Part shown: positions 54,471 to 63,966 of the stretch, one piece after another | Numbering within the stretch: position 1 is the stretch's first letter | Layout of the letters: every line of letters starts with the position of its first letter | Source of the DNA: Fimbriimonadia bacterium | Lineage (GTDB): Bacteria; Armatimonadota; Fimbriimonadia; Fimbriimonadales; JABRVX01 | DNA length: 64,000 nt | Direction of reading: 5' to 3' | NCBI GenBank assembly: GCA_041483895.1 | Contig: JBGPGO010000001.1 | Span: forward strand, 297,638 to 361,637 | Notes under the pieces: generated by a model | The model's database searches: none | What the model was told of the DNA's origin: nothing | Seen by the model: only the letters and a program-made list of their open reading frames with translations | Made by a program: the position numbers and the translations under genes

Positions 54471-57317
54471 CTACTTACCGACGATCCCGAAGTTGATGAA
54501 CACGATGTTCAGGTCCTTCAAGTCAACTTCACCGGAACAGTCGAGGTCCGCCGAATTGAATCCGATCTCCCCAAAGTGAATGAACACTGAGTTGAGGTCG
54601 GGGAGGTTGACCGCGTTGTCGTCCTGGGCATCGCCGTTTGTCAGCGAGAAGTTGGACACCGCGGGCACGTCCGGGTCCAGATCGACGCCGGTATTCTTCT
54701 GGCTCAGCCAGGTCCGTCCTTTGGCCCGCAAGGAAAAGACTCCGGTCTGGTTCCAGTTGACAGTGTAATGACCGCTCGAATCCAGATTCGTCGTCTGTTC
54801 CGCAACGACCCCGCCCATGTTATCGAGCAGTTGGAACAGGACCGGTTCACCGGATGGAGAGCCGGCATTGTCCTCGAGAATCACCATACCGGTGCTCGTC
54901 GAGCCCGGCTGCGCCTGCGGACAGGGAATCTCCACGTCTCCCAGGGTGATCTTTGCTTGCGCCGGGTTACCGTCCAAGTCCAGCAGGATGCTGCCGGTCG
55001 CCGGAGCGCCGCCTGCATCGCCGCCTGAGATCGGAACACCCTGCAAACCATAGATTTCGCAGATGTTGTTGCCGATGAAGCCGCCGAGACAGTCGCCGGT
55101 CCACCAGACGCGCCGACCCTTGGGGGTCTGTCCTTCATTCGTCTTGTCGTAGTCGTAGTCGATGCCTCCCGCGCTGTTGCGGCCGCCGAGACCGATGCTG
55201 AACGCGCTGTCGCTCGGCCCGCCAAACAGCGCCCACTTGACCGTCAGCGGATCGCATCGGAACTCCATGCCGCGCGAGCGATGCGGAGTGCTGCTGGTGT
55301 CCGAATCCATGCCACGCTCTGCAACTCCCAGATAGCCTTCCGGCGAGAAGCTGATGTCGGAGACGGGCATCGAGTATTGAACACCCGGCAGGTTCGGATA
55401 ATCGGGGCTGGCAATCTCTACTCGGTCCGAGTTGGGAATAAAATCGCCACCGGATGATGGTGGGTTAACCGCAACGGATCGGATCTGATTGCTCAGCGCC
55501 GCGTTCTGGCGAGGATTGCCGCTCGGATAGGTCATCGGACCGGCGTCGCGAGCCCAGACGCTGTAATAGACGCGGCCGCGATGGTATTCGCATGCCCACA
55601 GGCGTTCGCCAAGCGGAGCAAAACCGGGGTCTAGCGATCCGCCATCGGCGCCCATCGGATCGAACGAACTGAGAACGAAGCCACCCATGCTGATGCGATA
55701 GATTCTGCCGTCCTCCATGTCCGTCACGAAGAGTTGGTCGTTATCATAGTCGTAGGTGATGTTGCCGAGACCCGGATAGGAATCGTTCACCGTAAACGGG
55801 GGCTGCGCGATCACGTTCGCATCGGACGCGTTCGGCAGCGATGACCCCGCTGTCGAACCGGTGCCGACCAGGGTCGAGATGCCTCCGGACGAGGCATCGA
55901 TTTTGTATATCGCCGCCGCCCCGCCGGGACCCCAACCATCGGCATTCGCCGTGTTGATCCACGCAAAGCATGAACTATGGGCCACGTAGATGTTGCCCTT
56001 TCGATCGATGGTCTCGCCGAAGATCGTCCCGAGGTTCTTCCGATTCCAACTGTCTGCTGGACCGTGGTACCCCAACGGGACAGGCGCCCAGTTCATGCCC
56101 AGCGCCGGCGGCGCGGACTGATAGGCGTCCAGGTTCATGACCGCCAGGACCGGGTTCAAAATGGCCGAAATGTCCGTCCAGCAGGTTACCGACGCTACCG
56201 TGCCCGTGAACGCACCGAACTTCGGGTCTTGGTAATGCGGCTTGCCGGCAGCGCAAATGCCAGGCGCCAATTCGCAACCTTGCGAACAGTCCGGCAGATC
56301 GATGCAGTGTTCGATGCTGCAGCAGAGTTTGAACAACTCATCGTGAAGCGACAATGTGAAGCAGAGCTGCTGCCCACTTGCCACCCCGGTGATGTTGATG
56401 CACACGTTATAGGTCTGGCCATAAACCAGCCCTGGAAGCGGCACGACGGCCGGATTGAAGACAACACCCGTAGGTCCAGAAAGCAGAAGCCAATTCACCG
56501 GACCAGGGGCGAGGACCTGGATCGTAAAGCACCACAGATAGCCGCCTGGGATCGTCGGGTCGCACTTTATCGATTCGTCCAGGAACTGCACACAGTCGCA
56601 CTCTGGGACGGTAAGACAGAAGCGGAAGAAGCAACACTCCTTGTGGTTCGCGTTGTGGACGCTCATGTCCCAACAGATGGTCGATCCCGGCGTCGCGCCG
56701 GAAATATGAACCGTGAACTGCCGGCAATCGCCCGGGTTCATCGGCGGATTGACGGCCAAGTAGTTATTTGGTCCCCCGGTAAAATCTATTGTCACCCCCG
56801 CCGGCAAAGACTGTAGGAAGTAGATATGAGAAATGGGGAAGTTGGACAAGTTGCAAATGGTGAAGGTCCAAGAATAGCCACCGGGTCTCTCCGTCAAACA
56901 GAGCAACTTGTCGGTCGTGATTTTCACACACGGCTTTTGGAAACCGTAACGATAGCTCACGCTCTTACTGGCGTTGAGTGTAGTATGATTATATCCCACG
57001 CCGCCTGGGTAGGTCTGTTCGTAGCCTTGGCGAAGCTCTGGAATTACGTCGTAGTCACCGAATGGCAGATCGGTGAATTGGTAATTACCCTGATCATCGG
57101 TCATCGCCATCGTAGTGCCGCCCCCGTTCTCATGGACCAGGTTAATATCCCAGCCAGGGATTGGCGGTTCTCCGGCATCCATTTTGCCGTTTCCGTTTAA
57201 GTCTTCGAACACCGTTCCGTCGATGCTCCCGACTCCTTGCCCCTGCGCCGACAACATCGTCGTGCCTGCCAAGAGACAAGCGAAAGTGCAGGCGCGCAGC
57301 GCCCTTATCAATCGCAT
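54471..57317 (-). CDS. large secreted protein: SdrD-B/Cna-B-like domain, two tandem Cys-rich domains, propeller-like region, C-terminal dockerin-like pair
   Basis: Trimmed to ATG 57317 (AAAGGTGGA RBS; signal peptide MRLIRALRACTFACLLAGTTMLSAQG). The SdrD-B-like segment is GTVFEDLNGNGKMDAGEPPIPGW...DDQGNYQFTDLPFGDY. The C-terminus is DLDCSGEVDLKDLNIVFINFG. Confidence 0.8.
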   Translation of the reverse strand: MRLIRALRACTFACLLAGTTMLSAQGQGVGSIDGTVFEDLNGNGKMDAGEPPIPGWDINLVHENGGGTTMAMTDDQGNYQFTDLPFGDYDVIPELRQGYEQTYPGGVGYNHTTLNASKSVSYRYGFQKPCVKITTDKLLCLTERPGGYSWTFTICNLSNFPISHIYFLQSLPAGVTIDFTGGPNNYLAVNPPMNPGDCRQFTVHISGATPGSTICWDMSVHNANHKECCFFRFCLTVPECDCVQFLDESIKCDPTIPGGYLWCFTIQVLAPGPVNWLLLSGPTGVVFNPAVVPLPGLVYGQTYNVCINITGVASGQQLCFTLSLHDELFKLCCSIEHCIDLPDCSQGCELAPGICAAGKPHYQDPKFGAFTGTVASVTCWTDISAILNPVLAVMNLDAYQSAPPALGMNWAPVPLGYHGPADSWNRKNLGTIFGETIDRKGNIYVAHSSCFAWINTANADGWGPGGAAAIYKIDASSGGISTLVGTGSTAGSSLPNASDANVIAQPPFTVNDSYPGLGNITYDYDNDQLFVTDMEDGRIYRISMGGFVLSSFDPMGADGGSLDPGFAPLGERLWACEYHRGRVYYSVWARDAGPMTYPSGNPRQNAALSNQIRSVAVNPPSSGGDFIPNSDRVEIASPDYPNLPGVQYSMPVSDISFSPEGYLGVAERGMDSDTSSTPHRSRGMEFRCDPLTVKWALFGGPSDSAFSIGLGGRNSAGGIDYDYDKTNEGQTPKGRRVWWTGDCLGGFIGNNICEIYGLQGVPISGGDAGGAPATGSILLDLDGNPAQAKITLGDVEIPCPQAQPGSTSTGMVILEDNAGSPSGEPVLFQLLDNMGGVVAEQTTNLDSSGHYTVNWNQTGVFSLRAKGRTWLSQKNTGVDLDPDVPAVSNFSLTNGDAQDDNAVNLPDLNSVFIHFGEIGFNSADLDCSGEVDLKDLNIVFINFGIVGK

Positions 57318-57458
57318 GGTTCCACCTTTTCTGGCAACCAAAATTAGGGCCGCGGCATTCGCGGCCCTGGAACAATTGCCAAGCAGACAGCATAAGGTAG
57401 AAAAACCAGCCTGTCAAGGAGAACAGCCAAAAAAATGCTTAAGGTCACAAAGTAAAGG

Positions 57459-58376
57459 TTAAATCTTAGGTCTCAACGTAGCAATCGTGTTAGCTAGGAT
57501 ACCAATTCCATCGATGTCTAACTCGACATGATCTCCAGGCCGTAAGTAGCCATGATCGGGATTCTCCAAGAGGCAACCGGTGCCGACCGTTCCGGAACCC
57601 AACAGATCGCCCTCCCGAATCGTGGCGTTTCGCGATGCGTGAGCGATCAACTGGCTGACCGTGAAGTGAATCTCCGCGAAGTTGCCACTGGAGACCTGCT
57701 CGCCGTTCACGCGCGCGACCATCGGCATATCCCATCGAGGGCCATCCGGTCCATCCGTCCGCCGAGACGACATTTCATCGAGAGTGACGACGCACGGCCC
57801 GATGCTCGTCGCGAAGTCCTTGGCTTTGTGCGGACCCATTCCGACCTTCATCTCTATCCGCTGCACGTCCCGCATGGACCAGTCGTTGAGAACGGTAAAC
57901 CCTCCGACGTGCTCGATGGCCCGCTCGACCGGGATATCCCTTCCCGCCTTGCCGATCACGATCCCGATCTCCAGTTCAAAATCCAGCTCCTTCGTTGGCA
58001 CGGGCGGCTCGTCCATCGATGGCTTCCATGTTGGCCATAGGAGTGTGTCTTCGTGGCCAAGAAACGCGTAGGGATTGCTGAAGTAGAAGGCCGGCGCGAG
58101 GAACCACTCTTCCGGCGCGCCCGTCAGCCCCCGCTGGGCCCGCGCATTCACCACGTGGCCCTCGAACGCATAAAAGTCTCGGAACGAAGGGACGTAGTCG
58201 AACGGTGAGAGGATTCTCAAATCAGCAATCTGCCGCAGCTCTCCCCAATTGACTTCGTCACCGCGCAATGCGTCCTGCACGCTGACATCGCTTTTCGCGA
58301 GGCGCGCAGAATCGCCTTCTATGACCCCAACGCGGATCAGCTCCCCATCGCCGAACCTGGCAACCTTCATGTCCAT
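57459..58376 (-). CDS. fumarylacetoacetate hydrolase (FAH) family protein
   Basis: Trimmed to ATG 58376 (MDMKVARFG...). The FAH core is DFELEIGIVIGKAG...GFTVLNDWSMRD...PHKAKDF...GDLLGSGTVG. The upstream part of the ORF-track ORF is low-complexity. Confidence 0.85.
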   Translation of the reverse strand: MDMKVARFGDGELIRVGVIEGDSARLAKSDVSVQDALRGDEVNWGELRQIADLRILSPFDYVPSFRDFYAFEGHVVNARAQRGLTGAPEEWFLAPAFYFSNPYAFLGHEDTLLWPTWKPSMDEPPVPTKELDFELEIGIVIGKAGRDIPVERAIEHVGGFTVLNDWSMRDVQRIEMKVGMGPHKAKDFATSIGPCVVTLDEMSSRRTDGPDGPRWDMPMVARVNGEQVSSGNFAEIHFTVSQLIAHASRNATIREGDLLGSGTVGTGCLLENPDHGYLRPGDHVELDIDGIGILANTIATLRPKI

Positions 58377-58469
58377 AGAATACCGCCCTGCCAGCCCGGG
58401 CCATTTTGCCGCAACCTGGTGGAAGGCAGGAGGCGGCGACAACCTACCGAACGATAACTTCGGAAACGA

Positions 58470-59675
58470 ATGAAGAATCCGAAGATACTCCTCTGGCTGT
58501 TCGCGCTCTTCGCCCTGCTGATCGGGTTCTATCTCCTGTCCACCTGGAAGCCCGGAAAGCAGCCTATCCTGCCCGAAAACACGGCGGGTTGGCTCGCATA
58601 CGTGAGCGATCAAGACGGCAAGGCTCACATCTGGTTCTACAAACCCGATGACACGAAAGTTCGCGCCGAGCCGGGATCGAATTCCGAAGACCTGGAACCG
58701 ACCTGGCAGCAACCGGACGGCAAGACGCTGTTCTTCACCTCCGACCGGAGCGAACGCGTTTCCCAAATCTTCCACCTAAGCGCCAAGAACGCGGTGGTCA
58801 ACCAACTGACGCTTGGCGGCGCGCGCAAGGACAGCCTGCAATGCAGTCCCGATGGCGAGCGCATCCTGCATATCGCCGGCGGGCTGGTCTCGGAATTCGA
58901 TGTAGTAGAAGGGCACTCCGAGCAGCTGATCCCGCCGCCCTCGTCCGATCCTAGCCGAAGCAAGGCCATTTTGGAAACCTGGAGCAACCGCTTCGGTTCA
59001 TCCGCGTTCCATTCCGTGGCATGGGGACATGATATGCAAGATGTCGTAGGAGTCATACAGGGCGACGAATATCAGGTGCTGGTCGAGCAGCGCCTCAAGC
59101 CGGTCGATCCGCGCGACAAAGAGGTTCCAATCCCTACGATTCGGTTCATGGCCAAACGGATCGATATCGCGTTCCACCCCAGTGAGAACAAGGTGGCCGT
59201 GGCATTTCGCGCCATGCACATCGAGAAAGCGGACCCCTACGCAAATTCGTGGAACCCGCCTGCCGAGATGAACACCGAAAAGCCCCAGCACGGACTGTTC
59301 GTCATCGATCTGGACGCGAACAAGGTGATGCCGATCTATGCCACAGAAAGCGACACGGAAGCGGTGATCTCGCCTCAATGGTCCCCGGACGGGACGGAGA
59401 TCGCGGCGGTTCGGGTCCGTTTCAGTGGCGAGGATGTGACCCATGCATCGCTCCTCGTCTTCCAAGAGCCCTCCCCCGGTCAATGGGAGGTTGTGACGGC
59501 GGTTGACGGTGAATGCGGCGATCCGCAATGGTCGCCGGACGGAACCAAAATCGCCTACACAAAAGGAAAGACCGGAAAGCGCGACATTTGGATTTTCGAC
59601 ACGAAAACCGGGGATAGCCGCCAAATAACAGAACGCGGCGATAATTTCAGTCCAAGGTGGTCTCCCAAAAAATGA
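58470..59675 (+). CDS. TolB-like PD40/WD40 beta-propeller protein with N-terminal membrane anchor
   Basis: 401 aa. Repeated PD40 motifs are PTWQQPDGKTLFFTSDR, CSPDGERILH, PQWSPDGTEIAAV, PQWSPDGTKIAYT and FSPRWSP. Confidence 0.8.
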   Translation: MKNPKILLWLFALFALLIGFYLLSTWKPGKQPILPENTAGWLAYVSDQDGKAHIWFYKPDDTKVRAEPGSNSEDLEPTWQQPDGKTLFFTSDRSERVSQIFHLSAKNAVVNQLTLGGARKDSLQCSPDGERILHIAGGLVSEFDVVEGHSEQLIPPPSSDPSRSKAILETWSNRFGSSAFHSVAWGHDMQDVVGVIQGDEYQVLVEQRLKPVDPRDKEVPIPTIRFMAKRIDIAFHPSENKVAVAFRAMHIEKADPYANSWNPPAEMNTEKPQHGLFVIDLDANKVMPIYATESDTEAVISPQWSPDGTEIAAVRVRFSGEDVTHASLLVFQEPSPGQWEVVTAVDGECGDPQWSPDGTKIAYTKGKTGKRDIWIFDTKTGDSRQITERGDNFSPRWSPKK

Positions 59676-60550
59676 AGAAGATCGGTTTTATCGGCCTCGG
59701 CATCATGGGGCGACCGATGGCCAACCATCTTTTGAAGGCCGGCTACGCCCTCGCGGTCCACAATCGGTCGAAGGAGAAAATGGACCAAATGGCGGCGCAT
59801 GGGGCAACGATCCAGGAGCCGCAAGAGATGGCCGGGGAGTGCGACGCTATCCTGATGTGCCTACCCACCAGTGTTGAGGTCACGATGGTCACCCATCGAA
59901 TTCTAGCGGCGGGCAGGCCCGGTCTGATCGTCGCCGACCATTCCACTATCCAGCCGTTCGTCGCGCAGCGGCTGGCCGAGGAAGCGGGGACAGTGGGGGT
60001 GGAATTTCTCGATGCGCCGATCTCCGGAGGCGAATCGGGCGCGATTGCGGGAACTCTGAGCACGATGGTAGGCGGCGGCGCCGACGCATTCGCTGCCCTG
60101 CGTCCCATATTCGACACGTTTTCCTCTGTAGTCACCCATACCGGTCCGTCCGGAACGGGGCAGATGACCAAGTTGGCCAATCAAATCCTGTGCGCGATCA
60201 CCTTGATGGGCGTAGCAGAATCGCTGAGCTTCGCAAAAAAGAACGGGCTGGACTTGAACAAGACGTTGACCGTGCTGTCCGGGGGCGCGGGGGATTCGTG
60301 GGCTCTGCGCAACCTGGGGCCAAAGATGATCGGACGCGATTACACGCCTGGCTTTTCGAACTCGCTTCAGTTCAAAGACCTCGGCTATGCGATGGAGGCC
60401 GCTCACCAGTGCGGCGCAACAACATTCGGCCTCGCGCTTGCCCACCAGCTTTGCACCTCGCAAAATGCGCGCGGTCTCGGTGATGCCGGGATCGCTTCAC
60501 TCTTCGATCTGTACGAACTGCTCAACACGGAACGAGACCAGCGCGCGTGA
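59672..60550 (+). CDS. NAD(P)-dependent 3-hydroxyisobutyrate/2-hydroxy-3-oxopropionate dehydrogenase family protein
   Basis: Trimmed to ATG 59672 (ATGA overlap). MKKIGFIGLGIMGRPMANHL, DAPISGG and GTGQMTKLANQ. Confidence 0.9.
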   Translation: MKKIGFIGLGIMGRPMANHLLKAGYALAVHNRSKEKMDQMAAHGATIQEPQEMAGECDAILMCLPTSVEVTMVTHRILAAGRPGLIVADHSTIQPFVAQRLAEEAGTVGVEFLDAPISGGESGAIAGTLSTMVGGGADAFAALRPIFDTFSSVVTHTGPSGTGQMTKLANQILCAITLMGVAESLSFAKKNGLDLNKTLTVLSGGAGDSWALRNLGPKMIGRDYTPGFSNSLQFKDLGYAMEAAHQCGATTFGLALAHQLCTSQNARGLGDAGIASLFDLYELLNTERDQRA

Positions 60551-62064
60551 ATCCGGCGGTTCGGATGGTTGGGATTACGAAACGATTTGGCCGCCTCACC
60601 GCATGCGATCAAGTGGACCTTTCCGTCGAAAAAGGGCAGACCCATGCCATCGTCGGGGAGAACGGCGCGGGCAAGACCACCCTGATGCGTGTTCTCTACA
60701 GCGTCTATCAGCCGGATGAAGGCAGCATTGAGGTTGACGGCAAGCAGGTCCGATTCAGAAACCCGTCGGAGGCGATCGCCGCCGGCATCGGAATGGTGAG
60801 CCAGCACTACAGCATCATTCCGCAGCTTTCGTGTCTGGACAACCTGATGCTTGGAGCGGAGGCAATGGCGGGCCCGCTTCTCGACCGATCCACAGCGACG
60901 GCGAGAGCCGATTCGCTGGCGCAGCGGATGGGGTTCCGCTTCGACTGGAAGGCCCCTGCCTCCACGCTGACCCCCGCAGCCTGCCAAAAGCTGGAAATCC
61001 TAAAGCTGCTGTGGCGCAATTCGGAAATTCTGATCCTCGACGAGCCGACAGCCATGCTCTCCCCACCCGATGCCGCCGTATTGTTCAACAATCTGCAGTT
61101 GCTGGCGCGGGAGGGCAAGACCATCCTGCTGGTCACGCACCGATTGCGGGAAGTGATCGACTATTGCGATCGGGTCACGGTGATGCGCGGGGGCAAGCGC
61201 GTTGCCGAGTGCGACGTGGCCGATACCGACGTGGATCGCCTGACCAACTGGATCGTGGGTGAGGACCTGCGCCCAAAGTCGGACCTCGATGGCCGACAAG
61301 CCGGGAAAACGGTCCTGACAATGAAAGACCTGGTTATCCACGGAGATCGCGGCGAACGAGCTATCAATGGTTTGGATCTGGATCTGCGAGCAGGGGAAAT
61401 TGCGGGCATTGCCGGGGTAGATGGAAACGGGCAGTCGGAGCTGTTCGAGGCCCTCGTCGGCATCCGCGCCATCCAATCCGGCATTGCCCGGCTGGGCCAA
61501 GACGATTTGGGGCAGGAATCCACCTCACGCCGCCTGGCTGCCGGTCTGCGCTTTATCCCGGCGGATCGACATCGATACGGGCTGATCGAGGACTGGAGCC
61601 TCTTGGATAATTCTGTCCTCGGCCTCCACCGCCTGCCGCCCTTTGCGAAGCGAGGCCTGCTGCGGCCCCAAGAGGTCGGGAAGGCGGCCTTGGAAGAGAT
61701 GGAGGCGTTCCGAATCATGGCGGATTCGGTTCGGACTCGCGCGGGGGACCTCTCAGGCGGGAATCAACAGCGGCTGATCGTCGCTCGCGCTTTGCACCAA
61801 CCGCCGGCCGTTCTCATCGCCTTCCAACCCTGCCGTGGTCTGGACGTTCGCGGAACGCTGGCCGTCTACGACTCCATACGCGCGGAGTGCGACAGGGGGA
61901 TGGCCGCCCTCGTCATCTCCTTCGACCTGGACGAGCTGCTGGAATACTGCGAGCCGATCTACGTTTTGCGCGACGGGCGGCTGGTCGCGGAACTACGCGG
62001 GCTGGAGATCGATCGGGAGCGGATTGGCCGCTTGATGATTGGGTTGGAGGGCGCGGCCGCTTGA
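60547..62064 (+). CDS. ABC transporter ATP-binding protein with duplicated ATPase domains (CUT2/BMP-type)
   Basis: 505 aa with Walker A GENGAGKTT, a first signature region, ILILDEPT and a second LSGGNQQR. GTGA overlap with the upstream gene. Confidence 0.9.
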   Translation: MNPAVRMVGITKRFGRLTACDQVDLSVEKGQTHAIVGENGAGKTTLMRVLYSVYQPDEGSIEVDGKQVRFRNPSEAIAAGIGMVSQHYSIIPQLSCLDNLMLGAEAMAGPLLDRSTATARADSLAQRMGFRFDWKAPASTLTPAACQKLEILKLLWRNSEILILDEPTAMLSPPDAAVLFNNLQLLAREGKTILLVTHRLREVIDYCDRVTVMRGGKRVAECDVADTDVDRLTNWIVGEDLRPKSDLDGRQAGKTVLTMKDLVIHGDRGERAINGLDLDLRAGEIAGIAGVDGNGQSELFEALVGIRAIQSGIARLGQDDLGQESTSRRLAAGLRFIPADRHRYGLIEDWSLLDNSVLGLHRLPPFAKRGLLRPQEVGKAALEEMEAFRIMADSVRTRAGDLSGGNQQRLIVARALHQPPAVLIAFQPCRGLDVRGTLAVYDSIRAECDRGMAALVISFDLDELLEYCEPIYVLRDGRLVAELRGLEIDRERIGRLMIGLEGAAA

Positions 62065-63065
62065 ACTGGCTCCGGTTCTCCGCGCTCGTTGCGGCGGCGG
62101 CGGCGTTCCTGGGGATCATCGTGTGGTCCAGCGGCGTCGATCCCGTTGCCGCTTTGCGCTCCGGATTTACTGGAGCGTTGGGCACTCCCTATGGCGTGTC
62201 CGATACGCTGCAACGCATGACGCCGCTTCTCCTTTCCGGCCTCGGGGTAGCGGTCGGGCTTCGTGCCGGGCTGTTCAATATTGGCGTCGAGGGCCAGCTT
62301 CTTGTTGGCGCGCTGGCAGCGGCGGCGGCAGCGATCCTGCTCAAGGGCATGCCGGGCTGGCTGCATATTACTCTGTGCCTCGCTGCCGGAGGCGCGGCGG
62401 GAGTGCTCTGGGCGCTTCCGGCCGGTCTCATCAAGGTCTGGCGCGGCGGCCATGAGGTGATCACGACGATCATGATGAACTACATCGCCCTCAACTTCAC
62501 CAAATACATCGCCGCCAACCCGTTCAAAGACCCAAGCGCCCAGATTGCCACGACCGTCCAGATACCCAACTCCACCCGCCTGCCCGATTTGGGAGGAAGC
62601 CTCCACATCAATGCCGGTCTCATCCTTGCCGTTCTGCTTGCCGCGGGGCTGGCATGGTGGATGAAGAGAACCGTCGTCGGATATGAGCTGAAGGCGGTCG
62701 GGGCGAATGTGGACGCGGCTGTGGCGGCCGGCGTCAATGTTCCACGGACCATCGTGCTAGCGATGGCCCTCTCCGGCGCGTTCGCGGGTCTTGCCGGCGC
62801 CGTGCAGGTTTGCGGCTACGAGTACCGCTTCTACGACGGCATCTCACCGGGATACGGGTTCGACGCCCTCGCGGTGGCCCTGATCGCCCTGGCAAGCCCA
62901 CTGCCCATTATTGCGACGGCGTTCATATTTGGAGCGCTGGCCCAGGGGGTGCAGTCCGCCCAGGTCGCCACGGACCTGCCGAAGGAGATCGCCATGGTCG
63001 CTCAAGGCATCATCATCCTCGTCGCCGCGGCGGTCGGGTGGCAGCGGTTCCGGAGGCCATCCTGA
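62061..63065 (+). CDS. ABC transporter permease (BPD_transp_2 type)
   Basis: Start reassigned to TTG 62061 (TTGA overlap). The protein is hydrophobic and includes GLFNIGVEGQ, typical of CUT2/BMP permeases. Confidence 0.85.
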   Translation: MNWLRFSALVAAAAAFLGIIVWSSGVDPVAALRSGFTGALGTPYGVSDTLQRMTPLLLSGLGVAVGLRAGLFNIGVEGQLLVGALAAAAAAILLKGMPGWLHITLCLAAGGAAGVLWALPAGLIKVWRGGHEVITTIMMNYIALNFTKYIAANPFKDPSAQIATTVQIPNSTRLPDLGGSLHINAGLILAVLLAAGLAWWMKRTVVGYELKAVGANVDAAVAAGVNVPRTIVLAMALSGAFAGLAGAVQVCGYEYRFYDGISPGYGFDALAVALIALASPLPIIATAFIFGALAQGVQSAQVATDLPKEIAMVAQGIIILVAAAVGWQRFRRPS

Positions 63066-63919
63066 TGTTCGACACTGGCGCGGTTGAGGCGAGCCTCCGC
63101 GGTGCGACGCCGCTCATTTTCGCGGCGATGGGCGGCCTGGTCTGCGAGCGGTCCGGCGTGATCAATATCGGGCTGGAAGGGCTCCTGCTCTGGGGCGCAT
63201 TCTTTTCCGCTGTCGGAAGCTATTTCACCGGCAACCCCTATCTGGGCATCGCGACCGCGGCCGTGGCCACGATTTTGCTCTCCGGCCTGCACGTGCTCAT
63301 CACCCAACGGCTCAAGGTCGACCACGTTGTGAGCGGTGTGGCTGTCAACGCCATCGCCTTCGGCGGCACGGCGTTCCTGGTTGTCCGCTTGTTCGGGCAG
63401 CACGGAAGCACGCCCGAGGTTCCAAGCCTTTCTCAATGGACGTTCATTCCCGTCGCGCTCGCCCTTCCGGTTCTCATCTCCCTTTGGCTTCGGCATACGC
63501 GGTCCGGCCTCCACGTCCAAGCGGTCGGCAACGATCCTGAGAAGTCGGCGGCGATGGGACTCAATCCGATCCGCATCCGAACGTTCGCCATCCTAGCCAG
63601 CGGCCTGTTCTGCGGTCTGGGCGGCGCGTTTCTGACGCTGGGTGACGTTCGCCAGTTCTCGGAGGCCGTGACGTCGGGGCGCGGCTTCATTGCGCTGGCG
63701 GCGTTGGTGCTGGGCCGATGGAACCCCATCGGCGCCTTTGCGGCCGCCCTCGGATTTGGTCTGTTCGACGCGTTGCAAATTCGATTGCAAGGGATCAACA
63801 TTCTCGGTACGATGCCGCCGTCCGAATTTTGGGCATCCCTTCCCTATGTGCTGACCATCGTCGCACTGATCACCCTCGGAAAGCGAGCGAAGCCCCCGGC
63901 GGCGTTAGGAAAAGTTTAA
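63065..63919 (+). CDS. ABC transporter permease (second subunit)
   Basis: Start ATG 63065 (TGATG overlap). MFDTGAVEASLRGATPLIFAAMGGLVCERSGVINIGLEG... Confidence 0.85.
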   Translation: MFDTGAVEASLRGATPLIFAAMGGLVCERSGVINIGLEGLLLWGAFFSAVGSYFTGNPYLGIATAAVATILLSGLHVLITQRLKVDHVVSGVAVNAIAFGGTAFLVVRLFGQHGSTPEVPSLSQWTFIPVALALPVLISLWLRHTRSGLHVQAVGNDPEKSAAMGLNPIRIRTFAILASGLFCGLGGAFLTLGDVRQFSEAVTSGRGFIALAALVLGRWNPIGAFAAALGFGLFDALQIRLQGINILGTMPPSEFWASLPYVLTIVALITLGKRAKPPAALGKV

Positions 63920-63937
63920 GAAATATCGGAAAAGGGG

Positions 63938-63966
63938 TTGCACCGGGCGAACAGATTCCGTATAAT
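63938..63966 (+). promoter_or_regulatory. near-consensus sigma70 promoter at window end
   Basis: TTGCAC (63938..63943), an exact 17-nt spacer, then TATAAT (63961..63966). The transcribed product lies beyond the window. Confidence 0.5.
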
